DNA of 64,000 nt from Fluviicola sp. (GCA_047947105.1 CP170456.1:888530-952529), one strand, 5' to 3'. Shown: positions 6,705 to 15,102, numbered from the stretch's first letter. Numbers and translations are program-made. Notes: generated by a model from the sequence alone, not told the origin.

Positions 6705-8261
6705 TTACATATCCCAATCTTCAAATTCTTCCTCGGCAGCAGCTAATTCAGCTCGGGGTGATACAGGTCCGTCAGATGACTCTTTTGATCCCTCTTGTCC
6801 CAATGCAATGATGTATGCTTCACATTTCACAATGAAGTTCGTGAATTCGGTTTTTGTGATTGTTGATTCGTTAAACGTTGAGATAATTTGGAAGAGGTTA
6901 TATCCTTCTACAGCAGCTGTTTTGTATGCCGTAATATTCGGAGATGTTCCAAATTTAGATTGGTGCAACATATCAATCACTGACCACACGTTTTGTGTTC
7001 TTCCCGGAGCCACTTGATTGATTACGCCTGGCTGACTCATGATTTCAAATGCGTCCTGTAAATGGTTGTACATTTCAGTAGTTTGAATATGCGCCATTCC
7101 TGTAAAGAACGATGTCAGATTGTACTGAATTTCGCGAATCAATTGAACAATTGGCAGTTTGGAAACAAAATCTTGGTTGTTCGAAGTCTCTGTCTTTGTG
7201 ATATAAGCAACCACTTCTTCCATTAGTGCGTGCCACAATCTTGTGAACGAATCGTTTACAATGGTACCTTGAAGTAGCTCTGCGTCCCCAAGGTTCAATA
7301 CACGCTTGTACAACATACCGCGTTCTTCACTGCTTGTTCTTTCTTCCAGTAATTTGTAGTAACGATACATTCTGCTTTCTGCTACTGGATCTGTTATATA
7401 GATACTTCCGCGCGCCCACTCTAATATCAAAGCTTCAGCCAAATCGAATACGCCTAATTGCTCGCCAAGTACATAGATGTAATTTACAGCTCCAGCTCCC
7501 AAAATGTTTTTTGGAAGTATTCCTTGCTCTCCGGCAGAGTCAAATAAGTCCACCGAGAAATCCCAGGTATTCTTACTGCCTTTAACACGAATTTGATCGA
7601 TTGGATCAATTCCTCCTTGATCTACCTTTATCGCGTAATCGAGAGCAAGCGCAAAGTATTCATCAAAATCCTGATCATTGATAGCACTTTCTACATCAAG
7701 TGTTGCTGTTGGAATCGATAAGTTCAAGGATTTCATGTAATCGATCATTGATTCGATCATTTTATCCGAGACACTATCACGATCTACCTCTGCTTTTGTC
7801 TTGTCGAGGTATGCAATGATAAAACGACGGTAAGGACCTTCTTCAGACACTTTATCGTACAGAGCCAAAATTGGAGCCACAGCTTCCCCATCGGTTATTG
7901 GAACAGGAGCATCCATTGCCAATTGAGCAATGTCCTCAACCATATCTGTATCTGAAGAATCAATTCCTTTCGAATCCAATACCTCAACTACCAGGTTTTG
8001 ATAAAACTCTTCTACTAACGTTGCCAAATGGCGTAAAACAGCATTGTAGATACCATTTTCGTCTGTGATGTTTACATTTTCAGTATTGAACGCATAATAC
8101 AAACATGCAGCGTACAATTGCGGGTCTGAAAGTAACTTTCGCTCCAACAGTGAGAGACTCGTTGTGTTCAAACGGTGATTTACATTGGTAATTACACCTG
8201 TTATTCCTTGTTGTGCAATGAAATCTTGAATTTCTTGCTCAATTGTTGTTGTCGTTGACAT
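6705..8261 (-). CDS. hypothetical protein, 518 aa, mostly helical, acidic C-terminal tail (AAAEEEFEDWDM)
   Basis: 1.55 kb ORF in the operon. No signal peptide, TM helix or NTPase motif. No family recognised. Confidence 0.65.
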   Translation of the reverse strand: MSTTTTIEQEIQDFIAQQGITGVITNVNHRLNTTSLSLLERKLLSDPQLYAACLYYAFNTENVNITDENGIYNAVLRHLATLVEEFYQNLVVEVLDSKGIDSSDTDMVEDIAQLAMDAPVPITDGEAVAPILALYDKVSEEGPYRRFIIAYLDKTKAEVDRDSVSDKMIESMIDYMKSLNLSIPTATLDVESAINDQDFDEYFALALDYAIKVDQGGIDPIDQIRVKGSKNTWDFSVDLFDSAGEQGILPKNILGAGAVNYIYVLGEQLGVFDLAEALILEWARGSIYITDPVAESRMYRYYKLLEERTSSEERGMLYKRVLNLGDAELLQGTIVNDSFTRLWHALMEEVVAYITKTETSNNQDFVSKLPIVQLIREIQYNLTSFFTGMAHIQTTEMYNHLQDAFEIMSQPGVINQVAPGRTQNVWSVIDMLHQSKFGTSPNITAYKTAAVEGYNLFQIISTFNESTITKTEFTNFIVKCEAYIIALGQEGSKESSDGPVSPRAELAAAEEEFEDWDM

Positions 8262-8280
8262 CTTCCTTTAATTTTTAAGA

Positions 8281-8553
8281 TTATGAGTTATCTGATCCTG
8301 TTGAGGCTCCACCACCGTACGAATCAATACCTGTGTAGATATTGTCATTGTCATCAGTGACACTTTGCTTTAGTAGCGTGATCGCTTTTTTCGCAAGTGG
8401 ATCAATTTTCTTTGATACTGTATCCAACTGGAGAACATTCGTAGGTCTCGCAAAAATAGATGGATCTAAAATGGTTGGTAAATACTCATTGGCTGCACTC
8501 GTGTATGAGGTAAGGCCGCTAAGATTCGCCGTGCTCGATAAATAATTTGCCAT
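8281..8553 (-). CDS. hypothetical small protein, 90 aa, with a Gly/Ser-rich C-terminus
   Basis: Starts 11 nt after the S8 protease stop and ends 19 nt before the next start. The sequence ends 'GIDSYGGGASTGSDNS'. Confidence 0.5.
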   Translation of the reverse strand: MANYLSSTANLSGLTSYTSAANEYLPTILDPSIFARPTNVLQLDTVSKKIDPLAKKAITLLKQSVTDDNDNIYTGIDSYGGGASTGSDNS

Positions 8554-8564
8554 ATCTGTTTGTT

Positions 8565-9866
8565 TTAATTGTTGAGTTTATATTCGAGTAATTTGATTGC
8601 ATCTTTTAAGTTCACCACTCCGTAGCCCATTTTGAAATCCTTCATGCGAGTCCCTACTTTATCTGAAGTGTGCTTCAGAATATATTTTACGTGGTGATCT
8701 TTTAATTTTCTTCCTTTCTGAAGTGCAAATGATTTGAGCATTGCAACTGCACCGGCAACAAAAGGAGCCGCGTGAGAGGTACCGGTGGAATATGCGTATT
8801 TCCCATCCAGATAAGTGCTGTAAATCTCAGTTCCCGGAGCCACAAAATCCACTTGATCGCCATAGGTTGAGAAGGGTGCTACTTTGTAAAAGGACTGATC
8901 TGTTGCACCCACGCTGATTACATGCGGCAATCCAGACGGAAAATAGATAGAGTTTTTACCATCATTCCCAGTCGCCGCAACAATGGTTACCCCTTTTTCT
9001 TTGGCATAATTGACCACATCCTCATGCGGTAAGCCTCCACCTTCATGGACTATTCCAAGACTCATGTTTATTACGTCTGCTCCATTATCAACAGCCCATT
9101 TGATTCCGGCATTTATGTTTCCTACGAGCCCAGCCCCTACTTTAGATTCGCCCTTCTTCATAGCGCCAAGCACCCGAATAGGAATGATTTTACAATTAGG
9201 AACAACACCTTGTGGCATATTTTTACCTTTCCCACATATGATTCCTGCGACGTGTGTGCCATGTCCTACTTCGTCTTCTGGGTCTGGATCATATCCGAGG
9301 TAATCACCTACGAACTGATTCGCTCCTGAAATGATATTTACAAAATCAAATCCCGGTAGCATACAGTGTTCCAGTTCTGGATGGTTGGTGTCTACACCGG
9401 TATCTAGCACTGCAATTTTTACGTCTGTATGACCCGTTGTTTTTTGAAGCGTTTCGTCCAGACCTATAGCTTTTCTAGCACTGTCCAACCCATGACTACT
9501 TCTACTCTTGGATTCGCTTACTCTCGGAAGATCACTTGAGATAATATGCCCAGGCTTTACAGAAATAATATTCGGCACGAGACGCAGTTTCTGCACAAGA
9601 CCAGAAGGAATTTCTTTGGTGTTCAAGAGAATGAATCTGAAATGAGTATCAAAATTTGCTTTCGTTTCCTCAGGTGTCCATTGCCCTCCCTTTTTTTTGT
9701 ATTCGGTTGTAACACTAAACTCAAGACCATAGTTGTCGAAAATCTCATCCACTTCTGGTGAAAAAGTTTTTACAGCAGCTGCCGAACCAGTTGCGACATC
9801 CCCCCAAAACGGGAGACTTCTAACTGCTTCAGTTGGTTTGCTCTGGACAACGAGATGGTGCTTCAT
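8565..9866 (-). CDS. S8 family subtilisin-like serine protease, apparently cytoplasmic, with an about 140-aa N-terminal extension
   Basis: Asp/His/Ser triad motifs are present in the canonical order: 'VLDTGVDTNHPEL', 'HGTHVAGIICG', 'GTSHAAPFVAGAVAML'. An oxyanion-region 'ATGNDG' is also present. The N-terminus 'MKHHLVVQSKPTEAVRSLPFWGD' is not a signal peptide. It is the first gene of the operon. Confidence 0.9.
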   Translation of the reverse strand: MKHHLVVQSKPTEAVRSLPFWGDVATGSAAAVKTFSPEVDEIFDNYGLEFSVTTEYKKKGGQWTPEETKANFDTHFRFILLNTKEIPSGLVQKLRLVPNIISVKPGHIISSDLPRVSESKSRSSHGLDSARKAIGLDETLQKTTGHTDVKIAVLDTGVDTNHPELEHCMLPGFDFVNIISGANQFVGDYLGYDPDPEDEVGHGTHVAGIICGKGKNMPQGVVPNCKIIPIRVLGAMKKGESKVGAGLVGNINAGIKWAVDNGADVINMSLGIVHEGGGLPHEDVVNYAKEKGVTIVAATGNDGKNSIYFPSGLPHVISVGATDQSFYKVAPFSTYGDQVDFVAPGTEIYSTYLDGKYAYSTGTSHAAPFVAGAVAMLKSFALQKGRKLKDHHVKYILKHTSDKVGTRMKDFKMGYGVVNLKDAIKLLEYKLNN

Positions 9867-9971
9867 TGAATAAGTAGTTATGACCTAAATGATTGATTGG
9901 ATCATACAGGTGCGAAACAATATTACACATCAGCTACAACGGTGTCAATACTGAAGAAAAACGAATGTTAT

Positions 9972-10018
9972 AAATACTTAAAGATTTTAAGTATTTCTAC
10001 TTACCTAAATGGGTAAGT
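9972..10018. promoter_or_regulatory. two adjacent inverted repeats in the 408-bp divergent intergenic region (candidate operator or leader hairpins)
   Basis: IR1 (9972..9996): AAATACTTAAA-gat-TTTAAGTATTT, perfect 11-bp arms. IR2 (9999..10018): ACTTACC-taaatg-GGTAAGT, 7-bp arms, followed by TTTTT on the plus strand. They lie about 105-150 nt upstream of the S8 protease start. Confidence 0.3.
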
Positions 10019-10274
10019 TTTTAGGATGGAATTTCACCCATCGATTTTATAATTTTCAAAATTTATTCCTAAAAATGAATGCCTCCAACTAAAAAAAATA
10101 GCAAAAAATACATTTCAAGTATTTATGCGCAATCTTACTGCACAAAATACCCAATCTTGACGGAAAACACATAAACCACTCACTGTCTTGCACTTACACG
10201 TAGAGCTGTATAAAAATGGAGCTAAACAGTATTTGTTAAGGACCTTACTTCCTCCAGTTTATTAAATTTAGCTC

Positions 10275-11594
10275 ATGAAACAAACCTATCTTATCCTCTG
10301 CGCTTTCTGTTTTGCGATAACAAGTTCTTGCTCCTCTGAATCCTCCGAAATCGAGTCCCAAAAAAATGACACTACCAAAAAAGGGAAAGCAAGTCAACTC
10401 GGCACTCAAACCGTAGCTCCCATCATTAACATGAGTGAGTTTTCCAAAATGTCTAAAGAAGACTTACGATTGGCTAGAAATACCGTTTTCGCTAAGTATG
10501 GACGTGTTTTTAAATCGAAAGATTTGAAAGATCATTTCGCGAAGCAAAGTTGGTATCATGAGAACCCAGCCTTCAAGCAAAGTGACATGAAACAGCAGGA
10601 TATTGACATTGTGAACCTTATCCAGCGATGGGAGGAGAAAACAGAGATTTTACTGCAAGAGCGTGCAGATATAACTGGAAATGGCAGCTACGAGGATTGC
10701 TTTGTGCTCTACAATAAAAACAAAGGTACCTACTCCATCATTGTAAACGATTTCTCACAAGAGTTCGACCACTTTTGGGGACAGGCCGATGATAGCCAAG
10801 GACTTCCGTCGGATTGGATAGAGATTCAAGCCCAAATTATTGATATCGACAGCGAAGACTTTAAACAGGAGATTCTGGTTAGTCAACGCTATGCTGATTG
10901 GGAAGATCCGGGTACACATAACATAATTGTGGCATTCAACGATGGTGTAAAAGTAACAGAACTTAGCAGTACTGATTACGACGCAGGGACTTTAGAGATT
11001 GACGGCGAAGGAACGGTAGTTATGAATTATTCAAATTGTCCTCCGCACACCAAGTATTTCAAACTCAATCGTGGCAAAGTAGAGCAATTTGATGAAAAAA
11101 TAGGCCCGACACCAAAAGGCGGTTGTGCTGCATGCTTTTCTGGCGATGCACAAGTAGCCACTTCAATGACCGACACTAAAGCATTATCGGCCTTACAACG
11201 TGGAGACTTGGTTTTAACCTACAATCCTGTGTCGACAAAATATGAGCAAACAGAAGTAGAACGCATTTTATCAGTATTTCATGATAATCTCTATGAGGTT
11301 AAGGTTGGTAAATCAGTTATTACGGTAACTGAAGACCATCCATTTCTGTCAGAATCAGGTTGGTGTTCGATCGCTCCAGAAAAAACAATGCAGCGATATG
11401 GATATGAAAATGTGCAATTGCTCACGGCAGGATCAAAACTTGTACACATTAATGGCAACTCTGTTTTCGTGGAGTCGATCGAACCAAAATTGGAAGGAAT
11501 AATGACGTATACCATTTCAACCCTTAAAAACGGGCAAAACTTTATCGTTAACGGAGTGGTTGTGGGAACGGAAACAGTTACTCCTTACTTCTAG
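10275..11594 (+). CDS. lipoprotein with a YARHG domain and a C-terminal Hint (intein/hedgehog-type) domain
   Basis: Lipobox 'AITSSC'. YARHG-type segment 'LRLARNTVFAKYGRVFKSKDLKDHFAKQSWYHENP' (about nt 10446-10565). Hint blocks: 'CFSGDAQVAT' (Cys287, nt 11133), 'VTEDHPF' (TxxH) and terminal 'NFIVNGVVVGTE', ending about 7 aa before the stop. Confidence 0.75.
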   Translation: MKQTYLILCAFCFAITSSCSSESSEIESQKNDTTKKGKASQLGTQTVAPIINMSEFSKMSKEDLRLARNTVFAKYGRVFKSKDLKDHFAKQSWYHENPAFKQSDMKQQDIDIVNLIQRWEEKTEILLQERADITGNGSYEDCFVLYNKNKGTYSIIVNDFSQEFDHFWGQADDSQGLPSDWIEIQAQIIDIDSEDFKQEILVSQRYADWEDPGTHNIIVAFNDGVKVTELSSTDYDAGTLEIDGEGTVVMNYSNCPPHTKYFKLNRGKVEQFDEKIGPTPKGGCAACFSGDAQVATSMTDTKALSALQRGDLVLTYNPVSTKYEQTEVERILSVFHDNLYEVKVGKSVITVTEDHPFLSESGWCSIAPEKTMQRYGYENVQLLTAGSKLVHINGNSVFVESIEPKLEGIMTYTISTLKNGQNFIVNGVVVGTETVTPYF

Positions 11595-12205
11595 CGTCTG
11601 GTTGGGATTTGAAATCCCAGGCCAGCAGAAAATATAACTTCGTCCAGCTGTTGCGAACCGTTTGGAAAGCCCCGCACATTCGAGTGAACATACGAGACCT
11701 GTGAGAAGAAGTGAAAATACTTCCAAACGTAATAATCGAACCCTGCTGCAATGCTCACGGATGGCGCCAGAACTCTTGTAAATGAGTCTTGCCCTTCGTC
11801 AATGATCCACCGTGTCCGTTTTACATAGGTAACTCCTGGAAGCAAACCGAACTTCACATCCCAATTTCCGTGTTGTGTATTGTTTAAATGATAAAATGCT
11901 CCAAAGTACGATCGAAACATATCCTCATCGAAAAAAGTAACCAATGGTCGATTCAAAAACAGATAAGAATCGCTTTTCACACTAATTCTGCGTGAAATAT
12001 GGTATTCGGCAAACCCGTGCAAATGATAGCCGTTGAGGCCATCAGCAAGCCCAACGGAGGGAGCGTAGGTGGCAGATGCCGAGAGCAGTCCCGGGGTTCG
12101 CCACTGAGTGGGAAGTTTTTCAATCATGAATCCCGTCTGTTGTTGCGACCATGCATTCATACACAAGCCGATCATCAAAACAAGAATTGACAAACCTTTT
12201 ACCAT
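11591..12205 (-). CDS. putative outer-membrane beta-barrel protein, 204 aa
   Basis: Signal peptide 'LSILVLMIGLCMNAWSQ'. Alternating aromatic/polar strands throughout. Its stop shares the CTAG at 11591-11594 with the convergent gene. Confidence 0.5.
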   Translation of the reverse strand: MVKGLSILVLMIGLCMNAWSQQQTGFMIEKLPTQWRTPGLLSASATYAPSVGLADGLNGYHLHGFAEYHISRRISVKSDSYLFLNRPLVTFFDEDMFRSYFGAFYHLNNTQHGNWDVKFGLLPGVTYVKRTRWIIDEGQDSFTRVLAPSVSIAAGFDYYVWKYFHFFSQVSYVHSNVRGFPNGSQQLDEVIFSAGLGFQIPTRR

Positions 12206-12813
12206 AAATCTGCAATTTTATAATTCAGTCCAACATGGAACAATAAGTGTCCTTCCATGCTGCTCTTTTCTTCATCATGAAAGTGCACATGACCGTCGTG
12301 CTCGTGCGCTCCAACTTCATTTCCCAGGTGCAGCATATACTGACTAACCAATGAAATATCGAATCGATCCGTGAGGTTAAAATGGACACCTAATCCTGCT
12401 TGAGCTGCAGAACTCCAGCGGGCAATGTTATTGGATCGATTGCCATTCTCTGCCATGAAGGTTCTATCAAAACAATGCCCAGCCAAAACATACGGTTGTA
12501 CCTTATTTACGCTTTTCCAAGGGTAATACAGAACACTCCATCCAATATGATAATCTGTACGGGTAGCGTAATCTCCAACGTCACTTTGTATGTAATCGAA
12601 AAACCAATCAGAATTCACCTGGTCTGCGAATTGAAGACGAAACTGACCTCCTACACCAAATCCATTCGATTCGTTATGATGACCATTAAAAGTACTAAGC
12701 GTAGATCGCATTCCTAAAGAAAACAAACCTCCACGATTGTTTTTAATCGGTAATTCTTGTGCGTAGATATTGAATCCAAAGCACATTATGCCGAAGAGCA
12801 GCAACATTCTCAT
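12199..12813 (-). CDS. putative outer-membrane beta-barrel protein, 204 aa, with a His-rich loop
   Basis: Signal peptide 'MRMLLLFGIMCFGFNIYAQ'. C-terminal 'GLNYKIADLW' with a terminal aromatic residue. Loop 'HEHDGHVHFHDEE' at nt 12271-12306. Confidence 0.55.
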   Translation of the reverse strand: MRMLLLFGIMCFGFNIYAQELPIKNNRGGLFSLGMRSTLSTFNGHHNESNGFGVGGQFRLQFADQVNSDWFFDYIQSDVGDYATRTDYHIGWSVLYYPWKSVNKVQPYVLAGHCFDRTFMAENGNRSNNIARWSSAAQAGLGVHFNLTDRFDISLVSQYMLHLGNEVGAHEHDGHVHFHDEEKSSMEGHLLFHVGLNYKIADLW

Positions 12814-12896
12814 ACATATTGTTTTTGGGGATTTCTAATATGACAATTAAAATTGATCCCACCCCTACTCAAGTTGAAATCTTTACAGTTCAGAAC

Positions 12897-12925
12897 AAAA
12901 AAAATGCGACCCAAAAGCCGCATTT
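12897..12925 (-). terminator. rho-independent terminator downstream of fabI
   Basis: Minus strand reads AAATGCGGC-TTTTGG-GTCGCATTTTTTTT: an imperfect GC-containing stem followed by T8, about 20 nt after the fabI stop. Confidence 0.55.
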
Positions 12926-12945
12926 CAAAAGGTATTTTTATTCAA

Positions 12946-13758
12946 TCAGTTTGAGAATTTTTCAATTACTTCTTGTGTGACTCCCGTATTGGAGAAGCCT
13001 CCATCATGGAACAAGTTCTGCATGGTAACGTAGCGTGTCAAATCAGAGAACATTACTATACAGTAATCGGCACAAGCGGCTGCATCAGCATTTCCAAGTG
13101 GAGACATTTTCTCAGAGAAGCTGATAAATTCGTTGAATCCTTTTACCCCACTTCCTGCGGTTGTCATCGTTGGAGACTGAGAAATTGTATTCACACGTAC
13201 CTTATCGGAAACACCGTAATGGTATCCAAAACTTCTCGCAACAGACTCCAGGTAAGATTTGTTATCTGCCATATCATTGTAATCTGGAAAAACGCGCTGT
13301 GCTGCAATGTAACTCAATGCTACGATAGAGCCCCATTCGTTCATGGCATTCAATTTTTTAGAAGTCTGCATTACTTTGTGAAAAGACAAAGCGGACACAT
13401 CCAATCCTTTCAAGGTAAAATCGTAATTCTCATCCGTATAATGGCGCCCTTTACGAACGTTTACTGACATTCCAATTGAGTGCAAAATGAAATCGATTTT
13501 GCCCCCTAAAACTTCCATAGATTCTGAGATCAACTTTTCTAAATCCTCAACACTTGTTGCATCTGCAGGAATTACTTTGCTTCCTGTTTTTTCTGCAAGA
13601 TTATTGATTTCTCCCATACGCATAGCGATAGGCGCATTGGTCAATACAAACGTGGCTCCTTCTTCGTGAGCTCGTTCTGCTACTTTCCAGGCGATGGACT
13701 GCTCGTTCAAAGCTCCAAAAATAATCCCTCGTTTTCCTTTCAATAAGTTGTTTCCCAT
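12946..13758 (-). CDS. fabI: enoyl-[acyl-carrier-protein] reductase (NADH), FabI
   Basis: 'KGKRGIIFGALNEQSIAWKVA' nucleotide-binding N-terminus. Y-x6-K 'YNDMADNKSYLES'. Length of 270 aa is typical. Confidence 0.85.
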   Translation of the reverse strand: MGNNLLKGKRGIIFGALNEQSIAWKVAERAHEEGATFVLTNAPIAMRMGEINNLAEKTGSKVIPADATSVEDLEKLISESMEVLGGKIDFILHSIGMSVNVRKGRHYTDENYDFTLKGLDVSALSFHKVMQTSKKLNAMNEWGSIVALSYIAAQRVFPDYNDMADNKSYLESVARSFGYHYGVSDKVRVNTISQSPTMTTAGSGVKGFNEFISFSEKMSPLGNADAAACADYCIVMFSDLTRYVTMQNLFHDGGFSNTGVTQEVIEKFSN

Positions 13759-13799
13759 GATTCTTTATTTATGAATGCAAATTTAGCAGAATAATGCTT

Positions 13800-14606
13800 T
13801 TAATGATTCAAATCCACTCGAAGTCCATCGTAGGCCACGAAGACATTTTCAGGCAATTCTTTTTCAATTTCGTCATGCTTTCCGAAAAGATGCGAGATAT
13901 GCGTTAGGTAGGCAACCTCAGGATTGATATCCTTGATAAACTCTAATGCTTGTTCCAAATTGAAATGCGAGATATGATCTTCTCGACGCAAGGCATTTAC
14001 CACCAATACTTTTGTTCCTCTAATTTTTGATCTTTCCTCTTCTGCTACCGTTTTGGCGTCAGTTATGTAGGTGAAATCATCGATTCGAAAGGCATGAACA
14101 GGCATTTTGTAGTGCATCACCTCTATCGGAACCACTTTCATGTCATTCACTTGAAACGGTTCCATTCCAATTCGATTTAAGTTTACCGCCGGTACGCCTG
14201 GATATTTGTTGGCAAGAAAAACATAAAAAAACTCTCGTCTCAATGCCTTCTCCACTACTTCCGAGCAATAGATTTCCATGTCTTTCTTTTGCTTGAAATT
14301 AAAAGCACGTACATCATCCATTCCGGCCACATGATCTTTGTGTTCATGCGTAAAAATGAGTGCTTCCAAAGATTGTACATTCGCCCGTAACATTTGCTGA
14401 CGAAAGTCTGGGCCGCTATCAATAACATAATTCTTACCCTGATATTCAATTAGAACAGAACAACGAAGGCGTTTGTCTTTCGGATTTTCAGACAAACAAA
14501 CGTCACAATTACACGCAATAACAGGAACTCCTTGTGAGGTGCCTGTTCCAAGAAATGTTACACGGAAACTTTTGGAATTGCTCGACATTCCCGCAAAAAT
14601 AACCAA
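13800..14606 (-). CDS. MBL-fold metallo-hydrolase (PhnP-like)
   Basis: 'FTHEHKDHVAGMDD' is the HxHxDH motif, and 'FLGTGTSQGVP' lies at the N-terminus. The true start may be the internal Met at 14588 (MSSNSKSF...). Confidence 0.75.
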   Translation of the reverse strand: MVIFAGMSSNSKSFRVTFLGTGTSQGVPVIACNCDVCLSENPKDKRLRCSVLIEYQGKNYVIDSGPDFRQQMLRANVQSLEALIFTHEHKDHVAGMDDVRAFNFKQKKDMEIYCSEVVEKALRREFFYVFLANKYPGVPAVNLNRIGMEPFQVNDMKVVPIEVMHYKMPVHAFRIDDFTYITDAKTVAEEERSKIRGTKVLVVNALRREDHISHFNLEQALEFIKDINPEVAYLTHISHLFGKHDEIEKELPENVFVAYDGLRVDLNH

Positions 14607-14721
14607 TAACGTTAAATGATTTTACAGAATCTTCTAACCAAAAAAACATCTTTGGGTATACTGGTAGGAAAGACGTACACTTCACCAGGAATTTAAGAAA
14701 GTGATAAAGCGATTACGTGGT

Positions 14722-15102
14722 TTAATTCTTCCTGAATAGAGCTACAATTAGAACACACCAGCCCGCAATCATAAGAATTCCGCCAATTGGGGTAATTGGG
14801 CCAAGAAATCTCAAAGAAACACCCAACAACGGCTGCAATGACAATAGAAAAATAGATCCGCTAAAAAGTATCACTCCTGCGAGCTGTAGTCGAAATACCC
14901 AGGTCAATCTCGGCAATCGATAAGCTGAAAGTCCCAAAACTAAAAAAGCCAACCCGTGATACATGGTATAGCGCACACCTGTTTCAAAAGACGCGATCTG
15001 ATCACTATTGAGAACCTTTTCAAGCGCGTGGGCGGCCATTGCACCGAGAATTATACTTATGAGTATTAAAACTACTGCTGTTAGGGTGATTGCTTTATTC
15101 AT
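14722..15102 (-). CDS. DUF423 family small membrane protein
   Basis: Four hydrophobic helices. 'GAMAAHALEK' and 'GVRYTMYHGLAFLVLG' are typical of DUF423. I chose the start at MNKAITL (15102) rather than the track start at 15132, which would overlap the upstream gene by 38 nt. Confidence 0.65.
   Translation of the reverse strand: MNKAITLTAVVLILISIILGAMAAHALEKVLNSDQIASFETGVRYTMYHGLAFLVLGLSAYRLPRLTWVFRLQLAGVILFSGSIFLLSLQPLLGVSLRFLGPITPIGGILMIAGWCVLIVALFRKN

Noticed and set aside
1-9866. Reading the left-hand operon as a T6SS (subtype iii), eCIS/tailocin, T7SS or prophage morphogenesis module
   Set aside because: No TssB/C-like sheath, Hcp, VgrG, ClpV or other AAA+, baseplate, FtsK-type ATPase, WXG motif, terminase or recognisable portal or capsid motifs. 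No P-loop anywhere in the 11 proteins. An S8 protease plus small proteins is reminiscent of ESX mycosin loci, but this protease lacks a signal or anchor and there is no EccC. This cannot be fully excluded without profile searches.
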